Shown here piece after piece: positions 51,114-59,579 of a stretch of DNA of 64,000 nt; the stretch's first letter is position 1, and each line of letters starts with the position of its first letter. The stretch spans positions 1 to 64,000 of IMG/VR virus record IMGVR_UViG_3300032237_000764. One strand, given 5' to 3'. The translations under genes and the position numbers were made by a program. This stretch comes from a virus. Taxonomy: Duplodnaviria; Caudoviricetes. The notes below the pieces were generated by a model. The model made no database searches, was not told the DNA's origin, and worked only from the letters and a program-made list of their open reading frames with translations.

Positions 51114-52427
51114 TTATATTTTATTCAAATTGGGTAATTCAATCTTTTTGAGTTTTGGCAATACAATTTTCTTTTCAATTGCAAATTCTGGAACATATCT
51201 GTCTAAATAGTTATGCAGAATTTTATCAGTGGCTTCCATGCTGAATTTTTCCATATTTTCGATACGCAATTTTTCAGCATTGTCTTTGATAGATTGTGTT
51301 AAATTATAAAACATGGTTTTAAACTTATCTTCAGCTAGACCGTATGAAACAGTGAACCAACTGCTTTCTTTAATAATCCATTCATTTGCAGATGCAGGAT
51401 CAACTTGTTTTACATTTCCTTGCAATAATTGAGCATATTTTGGATTCAAGAAATCCAAATGTCCACTCCAATTACTTGCTAAAATTGGCTTGCCGCTCAA
51501 ACTTGCAAGCAACAATGGATGTCCATAACCTTCGCCGTGTGTGAAACTAACGTGTGCTTTAATCTTTTCATGATTAAAAAGAGCATTCATTTCTACATCA
51601 CTAAGTTCTCCGTGTAACAGATATACACTTGGCAAATCACCACCAACTTCTTTTTTAATTGCGGCAATACGCGCCAAACATGCATCTCTATCTGTAATAG
51701 AGAAATTCACTCCGCTTGTTTTCAAAATCAAGCAAGGGCGTTCGCCCTTACGATCTTTGAATGTATTACAGAATGTTTTGATCAAGTTACCAATATCTTT
51801 ACGATCATTATATAATCCGTTGAAATTTGTCCATTGACCAACAAACAAAAATGCAAAGTTTTCAGAAATATTACTTAATGCAGCTTCTACAGTAGCAATC
51901 TTTTCATCAGTCTTTTTAAATATTTTTGTATCTGCTCCCCACGGAGTAACTTCCATTGGTTTGCTCATTAATAGTGGCTCAGTACGTCCATCTGGAAAAT
52001 TCTTAACAAAATTAGTTTTTTCAAAAATTTCTTTTGAAAATGTGCTAGTTACAAAATTTACATTCATCCGATTCAAACCTTCAAGCCAATCCCCACGTGC
52101 AATAGTAGTTTCAATACCAGCAGTCATGCCAATATTATATTTTGCAGGTGCTTGAAATTCATTCGGAATTGTCATTTGAATGAATATTTCTGGTTGTTTT
52201 TGTAATGGTGATCGTAAAATGCGATTTCCCAATTCAATCGCTTCATGATCATTCGGATCAATATCAGCAACATTGAGTTTGCGAGGCGTACCACCCCAAG
52301 GAGTAGGAATGATAAATAGTTCAAATTTGTTATATCTTAACAAGCTTTTTCCCACTGCCATTGCCCATTCACCATATCCACTGCGAGTAAAAATAGGACT
52401 TTGAAATATACAAATTGGTTTGCTCAT
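51114..52427 (-). CDS. GT-B (GT4-like) glycosyltransferase
   Basis: TRSGYG, FLFVG, RKDI, GEGYGHPLLLA, SGHLDF. Confidence 0.85.
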   Translation of the reverse strand: MSKPICIFQSPIFTRSGYGEWAMAVGKSLLRYNKFELFIIPTPWGGTPRKLNVADIDPNDHEAIELGNRILRSPLQKQPEIFIQMTIPNEFQAPAKYNIGMTAGIETTIARGDWLEGLNRMNVNFVTSTFSKEIFEKTNFVKNFPDGRTEPLLMSKPMEVTPWGADTKIFKKTDEKIATVEAALSNISENFAFLFVGQWTNFNGLYNDRKDIGNLIKTFCNTFKDRKGERPCLILKTSGVNFSITDRDACLARIAAIKKEVGGDLPSVYLLHGELSDVEMNALFNHEKIKAHVSFTHGEGYGHPLLLASLSGKPILASNWSGHLDFLNPKYAQLLQGNVKQVDPASANEWIIKESSWFTVSYGLAEDKFKTMFYNLTQSIKDNAEKLRIENMEKFSMEATDKILHNYLDRYVPEFAIEKKIVLPKLKKIELPNLNKI

Positions 52428-52750
52428 AGGTTATTTTCCTTTTCTTTCATTAAATCACTATATTTCTTTTCTGAAGTATACACAGGATTTTTCTTATAAT
52501 TTTTAATCATATCAACCAATGTTTCTTCTGGAACAATTGGAGTATTGCCTGACTCATCATTGACATTAAAATTTAAATTTGTAAATTTTAATTTTGCTTC
52601 CAATATTTTTTCTTTATTTTTAATAGTTTCATATATTATTATTTTACTATCATTTAATATACCAGAATTTAATATACTATTAACTGTGAGAAATTCCCAC
52701 AGTTCAATTATTAAATTATAATTTCCAGAAACATATATTTTATTTTTCAT
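52424..52750 (-). CDS. Hypothetical protein
   Basis: 108 aa ORF overlapping both neighbours. Confidence 0.5.
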   Translation of the reverse strand: MKNKIYVSGNYNLIIELWEFLTVNSILNSGILNDSKIIIYETIKNKEKILEAKLKFTNLNFNVNDESGNTPIVPEETLVDMIKNYKKNPVYTSEKKYSDLMKEKENNL

Positions 52751-53432
52751 ACCACCATTTAATATTTTTTATTTTTTCTTCAAATTGATTTATATCTAAT
52801 GCATTTTTAAATGAATTTACACCAAAACAACACCATACAACATTTTTTATAATATAACCCTTTTTAGGATTTAATCTATCAATTGATGGCGCATCCCATC
52901 GTTGGAATCCCATATATTTTCCAGATGATACCATTTTAATTTTAGTATAAAAACAATCCCCGTTTTGTGCATTCCATAAATTTATTAAATATTTTGGAGT
53001 CAGATTAAAGTTGACGTTTTTTATTTTTGCTTGTTTTTTAATTGCATAACATCTTTTGGTAATATATTTTTCAATATTAGTGTAAAATAAAGTTTTATAG
53101 GCTTTTAATCTTTTTTTTTCACACTTAATTACGGACGGATGTGAATTGAAACAGTTTTTACATAATTTTCCTACATTTCCAGATGTATTTTTATTTTTTG
53201 GAAATTCTTCTAATTTTTTCCAAATTTTACATTTAAAACAGTGTTTTGTATTTCCTATTACACTTTTACATTGATGTAATTTTTGAATATATCTATATTC
53301 CCGTAAAAATATTTCGTTACATCCGAAACATTTTACAACTACTTTATGATGTGAACCGGGACTCAATAAAGAACTATCATAACCAAACTTTTCCAGTGTT
53401 AGTTTTTCTACTAATTGTATTTTATTTCTCAT
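52740..53432 (-). CDS. HNH-like homing endonuclease
   Basis: CxxC motifs; Q.GDCFYT, PSIDRLNPKKGY..NVVWCC..VN..K. Confidence 0.75.
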   Translation of the reverse strand: MRNKIQLVEKLTLEKFGYDSSLLSPGSHHKVVVKCFGCNEIFLREYRYIQKLHQCKSVIGNTKHCFKCKIWKKLEEFPKNKNTSGNVGKLCKNCFNSHPSVIKCEKKRLKAYKTLFYTNIEKYITKRCYAIKKQAKIKNVNFNLTPKYLINLWNAQNGDCFYTKIKMVSSGKYMGFQRWDAPSIDRLNPKKGYIIKNVVWCCFGVNSFKNALDINQFEEKIKNIKWWYEK

Positions 53433-53472
53433 CCTAAATAAATATCATTGTAATCGATAAAATACTTTTATT

Positions 53473-54060
53473 TTACGATGTGCTACCAAATCCACCTTCA
53501 CCACGCTGTGTTGTATCCAATGCATCAACCAAATAAAACTCAGCATGTTCAACTTTGGTAATTTTCAATTGACAAATTTTGTCACCTTTCTTATAAATCT
53601 TATCAAGATTAGGTTTTCCTACAATTTTAGAACTGATACCAGATTGATTACCATCTGATGTTGGAACATAAATAAAATCTTCGGGTTGCCAAATATATTT
53701 GAATCTTACAAGAATTTCGCCACGATAATCGGCATCAATCAATCCAATACTATTTGCAAGTACAAGATTATATTTGCTGACGCTACTGCGTGGCATAGCC
53801 AATACATCATAATCAATATCTAATGGACTTGATGTACCACCAGTCCATACTTTATCTTTTTGAACAGCAATTCGAAGATTAGTTTTATATTGAATATAAT
53901 CTATACTCTCATATACATTTTTTGATTCTCCGTGTAGTTTACCTACTATTTCAGGGTCACTAGTTGCGATAATATCGTAACCAGTGGATCTTTCGGTTGC
54001 CGCTTTTGGCAGTGCTGCAACATTATTATATGTTTCATTTTTTAATACTTTAATTTTCAT
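53473..54060 (-). CDS. dut: Trimeric dUTPase
   Basis: GYDI, PRSS, GLIDADYRGEI, ICQ, RGEGGFGSTS. Confidence 0.93.
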   Translation of the reverse strand: MKIKVLKNETYNNVAALPKAATERSTGYDIIATSDPEIVGKLHGESKNVYESIDYIQYKTNLRIAVQKDKVWTGGTSSPLDIDYDVLAMPRSSVSKYNLVLANSIGLIDADYRGEILVRFKYIWQPEDFIYVPTSDGNQSGISSKIVGKPNLDKIYKKGDKICQLKITKVEHAEFYLVDALDTTQRGEGGFGSTS

Positions 54061-54068
54061 AGATTGAT

Positions 54069-54097
54069 ATACTATTGTATAAAAAATTCAGTGTCAA
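54069..54097 (-). promoter_or_regulatory. Sigma70-like promoter for dut
   Basis: TTGACA-17-TAGTAT, ATG 8 nt downstream. Confidence 0.6.
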
Positions 54098-54101
54098 TTT
54101 T

Positions 54102-55106
54102 TTATTGTGCTGAATTAAATGCATCTGCAAGTTCTGATTGAATTTTTAATTTATCAATCGTTGGAATAGGAACACCGATTTTATTGAATGGTTGTTCTTG
54201 ACCAATCAATTGTTCGGGTTTGAATACACCAAAAGATGGTGATGGTACAAAGTGTTCAATAGTATAATCCATTGCTTTGATGAATTGAGCGCACATATTC
54301 TTACTATTCAATCCACCTTCTTCACATGCCCATCGACGACCTTCTAATCCTGCGGTTTTACGCTTCTCTGGACCAGCAAGATACCAATACATAATTGCTT
54401 CAGCGGCATCTTCCCAAGTGCAAATATCATCAAAAATATAAGGAGTTGGTGGACTACCTTGAATTGAACGAGCAGTAGGATGTACAGGTTTTGCCCAAAT
54501 ACCATGTTTTTTATACTTGCCTGTATTATTGGTTCCAAACTCAGCAGTAAATTCGATGGGATTACCATTGTCATTCAATTGACCTATTTGATCTTGTAAT
54601 CCACCAGTGACATTTACAATAACAGGTGTGCCGCACATAATGCTTTCACAAATACTCAAACCAAAACCTTCGTTGCTGCTGATTAGAATGGTTACATTTG
54701 CAATATTATACATTGCACACATGTCTTCTGGAGTCATACGACTTTCATCAATAACAACTTTATAATTTGGACACAATGCTTGAATAACTGCGGGCAAATC
54801 AGTACCTGCATCTTGTACTGCTTCAGTATGCAATACCAATACACATTTATCTGCTTGCTCTGGTGTTAAATTATCACAAAATGCTCGAAATGCCAAAATA
54901 GTATTGCTGGTCTTCTTGCGCTGAACATTTCGACTATTGTGAAACAATACAAAGTCAAATTGTTTATCTCCAAACAATTGCTTTTTCTTTTCACGTATGC
55001 GTTTATCATTGGTGTCCAATGGCTTGAACATTACACTATCAATACCATGTGGTACATAATGTAACAAATGTTTATTTACAAATTGATTATTAATTTTAAA
55101 TGGCAT
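54102..55106 (-). CDS. GT-B (GT4-like) glycosyltransferase, C-terminal half
   Basis: YVPHG, SRNVQRK, NEGFGLSICES, TGGLQDQ. Confidence 0.85.
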   Translation of the reverse strand: MPFKINNQFVNKHLLHYVPHGIDSVMFKPLDTNDKRIREKKKQLFGDKQFDFVLFHNSRNVQRKKTSNTILAFRAFCDNLTPEQADKCVLVLHTEAVQDAGTDLPAVIQALCPNYKVVIDESRMTPEDMCAMYNIANVTILISSNEGFGLSICESIMCGTPVIVNVTGGLQDQIGQLNDNGNPIEFTAEFGTNNTGKYKKHGIWAKPVHPTARSIQGSPPTPYIFDDICTWEDAAEAIMYWYLAGPEKRKTAGLEGRRWACEEGGLNSKNMCAQFIKAMDYTIEHFVPSPSFGVFKPEQLIGQEQPFNKIGVPIPTIDKLKIQSELADAFNSAQ

Positions 55107-55113
55107 AAATTCC

Positions 55114-55707
55114 TTAATATTTTACTAAATTACCGTTTTTATCATAATATCCGTCCACGGCAATACAATTTTCTGGCCGTAGAACCCATTTATTAATGTT
55201 GTCTGTTTGTTTGCTAATAGCAAATAAAGCATCACAACTTTCATATGCTTGCTTGTTCCACATTGGATATGGCAAATCGTCCCAAATATCCAAATAAGTC
55301 AATGGAATTTTTTTGCGTATCTGATTTTCAATTGCATACAACCAACCCCAATAACGCGGATCGGTAAAATGCATAATTGCATCAGGCTTTTCAGCTTCCA
55401 TCACAGCAAATAGCATATTTTCATTGCCATATCCATCAGTTGGATATAATCGAACATATGCATCTTTAATTTTTACTTGTTCATTGGTTGCTTGTGACAA
55501 ATCGACAACTTTACCACTTTCAGGATGTTTGACTGCACCTGCAATTTGTACCCAATCATAATGATGTACTGTTCCCAATACCAATTCACGACTCATGGTA
55601 GCAATACCCGAATGCATTCTCAATTACAAATCGTCACTCAGAAGAAGAATTTTCTTCTTGTGACGATTTGCCGCCTCCTTAACAGCTATGTTTTGTATAT
55701 TATTCAT
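55114..55707 (-). CDS. GT-B glycosyltransferase, N-terminal half, with in-frame TAA at 55624-55626
   Basis: MNNIQ...KKKILLLSDDL*LRMHSGIAT...FTDPR...IWDDLP...ISKQT; ATG overlaps the stop of the upstream endonuclease frame. Confidence 0.75.
55627..55670 (-). other. 44-nt RNA hairpin ending at the codon before the in-frame stop
   Basis: CAAATCGTCAC/GTGACGATTTG (11 bp) plus AAGAAG/CTTCTT inner stem, 4-nt bulge. Confidence 0.8.
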
Positions 55708-56703
55708 AATATGTTGTTTAGTATTCCGTTGTCATTGAAAATATGAATTTGATATTCATATCCTGCTGCAATGGCAGCGTGTTGTTTCAATAACATTTGT
55801 TTTTTATGTAAATTGTATGTAAAAATAGATTTTACATCAATTAGTAAATTCTTTGAAGGAATAAAAAAATCAGGGCAATGCGTCTTAGATTTTCCATTCT
55901 CTATATATTTTATTTTTTGGTAATAATTGTCTATCGTTTACAATTTCAAGCTCATTATATGTTTGTAGTAAACGGTCAAGTTCAAATGGTTCGTATCCCT
56001 GACATTTAACAATTTTACCAGATGGTAAAGTATATAACTTCCATCTATATTTTATCGTATTGGAAAACTGTGGATTCTCTGCTCCATATTTTTCCATCAT
56101 GGTTTTTTTGGTTTTTTCTTTTACTTCATCTAGTTGAAATGCATTTTCAACACCATATTTGGTAGACATGGTATTTTTATATGAATTACTTCTTTGTTTG
56201 ATGTTTTCGGGATTCCATGAATTTTTTATTGACGATGCATTTTTCTTGACTCTTACATCGGTTTGCTTTGTCAAACCGACATTCCACGCATCAAATGATT
56301 TTCTCTTTTCATGGAGAGTGTTATTTTTTACAAATGGACTGGTATGGTTATGTATATAATCATGAAATCCCGTTTCTAGATTATTAAATGATGTTTGCAT
56401 GTTACATCCACATTTGCATAATTGTGGAATATTGTGTAAATAATATTTTAAATAATACACATCTAAATATATAGAATGGGTATTTTTCAAATGTCTAGAC
56501 ATGCTATTCGATCCATTTACATTTTTTTGACATATTAAACACACATAACTTTTAATTTGTGGTGTCCGTTTTCCAATGACAGCGGTAGGAAATAATTTAA
56601 TATATTCAGTCAATGAAATGTTATGTGCTCGTTTAAGATGAGAACCATTGATTCTGGTTTTCATTTCTAATTGACACAATTCACATGTAACAACCTTATT
56701 CAT
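55704..56703 (-). pseudogene. Homing-endonuclease-like gene (Zn fingers, KYG repeats, PD-(D/E)XK) broken by a +1 frameshift in an A6 run near 55915
   Basis: The alternative frame supplies HCPDFFIPSKNLLIDVKS...AGY and ends in TGA overlapping the GT ATG. Confidence 0.75.
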
Positions 56704-56858
56704 TTTTTTACTTCGATGCTGCCCGTGATTTGTGCCAATATTGATTTTTCAACAAACTTATTCATTTTATATCCGTTTTTATCACAAAAAGATTTAAGAA
56801 TATCTCGTATTTCTTTTGAAATTTGTATTGACCATTTGTTATCAGTATTTCTATTCAC
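56700..56858 (-). CDS. Small ribbon-helix-helix-like protein (52 aa, not in ORF track)
   Basis: WSIQISKEIRDILKSFCDKNGYKMNKFVEKSI; ATGA overlap with the endonuclease gene. Confidence 0.6.
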   Translation of the reverse strand: MNRNTDNKWSIQISKEIRDILKSFCDKNGYKMNKFVEKSILAQITGSIEVKK

Positions 56859-57052
56859 ACCAATATATATCATCAAATCTTAGAAAAGTATGAAAAATCT
56901 TATTTATTTTTACGATACGCATTTAAGGTATCCTCAAATTTCGTAATGTCGGTTTTTATATTAGTGTCTAATAATGACATTTCTATTATTCTAATTTTTT
57001 TTTAACACCGGATAATTGTAACTTTAATGAGTTTATTGTGTCTTTTGCAATA

Positions 57053-57292
57053 TTAAACAACCTCCTTATTGGTTGATCCGGTGATGTTTAATACGGCAGT
57101 TTGAGCCGCTTCACTAAGCTGTGGAATGTTAAAATTGTATATTTGACTACGAAATGTATCGTCATTCAAATACAAATACATGCATCTATTAACTAAATCT
57201 TGTAAGTAAAATTTGTTTTTTACATTCTTGATTTTAAAGGAGTCATATAACTGTTTGTCTACCTTAACGGTAGTAATACTATTGTTCTTCAT
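57053..57292 (-). CDS. Ribbon-helix-helix-like DNA-binding protein
   Basis: ITTVKVDKQLYDSFK...LQDLVNRCMYLY. Confidence 0.6.
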   Translation of the reverse strand: MKNNSITTVKVDKQLYDSFKIKNVKNKFYLQDLVNRCMYLYLNDDTFRSQIYNFNIPQLSEAAQTAVLNITGSTNKEVV

Positions 57293-57354
57293 AAACGTAA
57301 TACTGTATATCTACATATACGTATATACGTATTTATGATTCTATTTATTTTATT

Positions 57355-58284
57355 TTAGAGAATTTCTTGTTCAATTTTATCTACTTTACCATCGCAGGTT
57401 GACTTATAATGAGCACAATATTTACAATTTTTCTTTGCTTTGCCGGGAATTTTTGGATACTTGACATCCATGTTATAGGCTCCTTCCGGTGTAAAACACT
57501 CTTGCACAAATTTAATAAATCCACTTAGAGCATCTGAAATAGCAGATTGTGTATGTGTTGGAGTAAAAGTCTGAATTCGGCTTTGTGGAAACGAAACATT
57601 TTCGTAGAGTTTACGCTTTAAAATAAAAAATTCAACTTCAATATCATTGAGATTAACATTGAACTTTTTGCTGTAAAATGCTTTGTATAGAAGAATTTGA
57701 CTATATTTTGCTTCATCTTCTTTCATGTAACTGTTCCAACCAACGGCGGCAGTTTTAAAATCGTAAATTTTATATTTGCCTGTTTCTTTATCTTTTAATA
57801 CAAGATCGATGAATGCGATGAAATTTACATTATGTAATATTTCCATATCGAGTGGAACTTCTACACCAATAAATTCGTATTTTTTGCTTGGAAAGTATTT
57901 CATACGATTGGCTGTATTTAGAATGGTTCTAATAATATTGGCACCGTCGTCAATAAACTCCGCTAGTTCTTCTTCAGTGGGAACATATTTGTCTTTTTCT
58001 TTTTCCAATTCTTGGTGTAATTTATCTTTGAAAAGTTGAAATACATTTAATTCTCCAGCCTCGGCAAGACCTTTGGTATACAAAGCTTCGATATAAGATT
58101 GAATTGCATGATGCATTGCGGTTCCAAAGAAGATACTAAGATTAAAATCAGTTTTTCGCATTCCACACAAGTAGTTTAGCTTCCATTGAAAAGGACATTT
58201 CATCCACATCGAATATTGAGAAAAACTAACCTTTTTCTTTTTGAATTCAGTAATTTCTTGAGTTTGTTTTATTTCTTCGGCCAT
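57355..58284 (-). CDS. PD-(D/E)XK exonuclease (Cas4/AddB-like)
   Basis: SFSQ..CP, GTAMH, FIDLV, IYDFKT, Q..LY, CKYC......C. Confidence 0.85.
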   Translation of the reverse strand: MAEEIKQTQEITEFKKKKVSFSQYSMWMKCPFQWKLNYLCGMRKTDFNLSIFFGTAMHHAIQSYIEALYTKGLAEAGELNVFQLFKDKLHQELEKEKDKYVPTEEELAEFIDDGANIIRTILNTANRMKYFPSKKYEFIGVEVPLDMEILHNVNFIAFIDLVLKDKETGKYKIYDFKTAAVGWNSYMKEDEAKYSQILLYKAFYSKKFNVNLNDIEVEFFILKRKLYENVSFPQSRIQTFTPTHTQSAISDALSGFIKFVQECFTPEGAYNMDVKYPKIPGKAKKNCKYCAHYKSTCDGKVDKIEQEIL

Positions 58285-58293
58285 ATGTCAATG

Positions 58294-58446
58294 ACCATAC
58301 AGTAGAAAATGCAGCGTGTCGATTTATTATGAAACAAAAACTTTTTTTATTTGCCGATTCGTGTTTGCAAATGATAAAATTATTGTTTTTAACAAAAATA
58401 ATTGGGTGTAAAATATGTTGACCACGGTATTGTTCTGTGGTAGTTT
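58294..58446. promoter_or_regulatory. Divergent sigma70-like promoters
   Basis: Minus strand: TCGACA-17-TATGGT, 9 nt before ATG 58284; plus strand: TTGACC-17-TAGTTT, 6 nt before ATG 58453. Confidence 0.6.
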
Positions 58447-58452
58447 CGACGC

Positions 58453-58743
58453 ATGAGATTGGAAGAATTCAAGTCACTGACAGAAGATGAACTTGCCATG
58501 CTATGGTATGTTATTAATAAAACTACTCCTCCTGTATTGAGTGGAGTAGAATTAGAACCCTCTGTGTTTTGTGCTATTCATCCGCAAGCAATTTGGAATA
58601 GAGTGGATCAGATAGAATTGGCAGTCAAAGACGAATATAAATCGATTTATGATTCGTTGCGGCAAAAATTAAATATGACTCCGTTAGAAGTTGTTGCACC
58701 GACGATAGTTCCAACTCAAATTTCTGGCTCGGAATCGACATAA
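58453..58743 (+). CDS. Hypothetical protein
   Basis: 96 aa ORF behind the promoter. Confidence 0.6.
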   Translation: MRLEEFKSLTEDELAMLWYVINKTTPPVLSGVELEPSVFCAIHPQAIWNRVDQIELAVKDEYKSIYDSLRQKLNMTPLEVVAPTIVPTQISGSEST

Positions 58744-58787
58744 CAAATTATTCCGTCGTTTTATGTTTCGACGTAATATATATTAAC

Positions 58788-59579
58788 ATGGAAGAAATAT
58801 GGGACGAAAAAAACTTAATAAGACAGAAGAACAACTCCGAGAACAAAAACGCATTCGGGATAAGCGATACTATGAACGACACGGTGAAAGAATTAAACAA
58901 AAAAGAATGCTTAAATATTGGAAAACAGTGGAAGAAAAATTGTCCTAATTGCAATAAAATGCAGATATATAAAAGTAGAAGATCTCATTGGAACGCAAAG
59001 AAAAAAAATTCAGTTTGTTTATCTTGTAAAAATTCAGGTACAAATAATCCATTTTATGGAAAGTCACATTCCGATGAATATAAAAATAAACTATCATCGA
59101 TACAAAAAAGTAAAGGATCGTATAGATATAAAAACACAGGAGGAAATCCTCCTAAAATAAAAAAATGGTGCATCGTGTGCAACAAACAATATTTTGTTGT
59201 AGCTTGTCGAGAAAAATCAAAATATTGCACATATAAATGTGCAACCGTTGACAATTTTGGATTGGGAAATGGTCGGATGACTTCTCCAGAAATTGAAATA
59301 GAACAATATTTAAAAAATAATAATATACAATATAAATACGGCTACGTGTTATGTGGAAAAATATATGATTTTTATTTAGTTAAAACAAACATACTTATCG
59401 AGGTTGATGGAATTTATTGGCACGGAAAAAATAAATCTGATAATGAGTTGAATGAAGTACAATTAAAAAATAGAAAAAACGACGCGTTAAAAAACAAAAT
59501 AGCGGTTGACAATGGTTATAAACTTGTTAGAATTTGGGAAGATGAGGTAAAACATGTATCAAAATATTTATATAAATAA
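58788..59579 (+). CDS. Homing-endonuclease-like protein (NUMOD3 plus Vsr/DUF559-like domain)
   Basis: NPFYGKSHSDE, YDFY...ILIEVDGIYWH, D..KN..A..NGY.LVRIWE. Confidence 0.8.
   Translation: MEEIWDEKNLIRQKNNSENKNAFGISDTMNDTVKELNKKECLNIGKQWKKNCPNCNKMQIYKSRRSHWNAKKKNSVCLSCKNSGTNNPFYGKSHSDEYKNKLSSIQKSKGSYRYKNTGGNPPKIKKWCIVCNKQYFVVACREKSKYCTYKCATVDNFGLGNGRMTSPEIEIEQYLKNNNIQYKYGYVLCGKIYDFYLVKTNILIEVDGIYWHGKNKSDNELNEVQLKNRKNDALKNKIAVDNGYKLVRIWEDEVKHVSKYLYK

Noticed and set aside
55621-55626. Self-splicing intron explaining the in-frame TAA
   Set aside because: Only 6 extra nucleotides; no room for a ribozyme core
56890-57050. Possible small minus-strand gene with an A9 run
   Set aside because: No clear start and broken frames; cannot be supported
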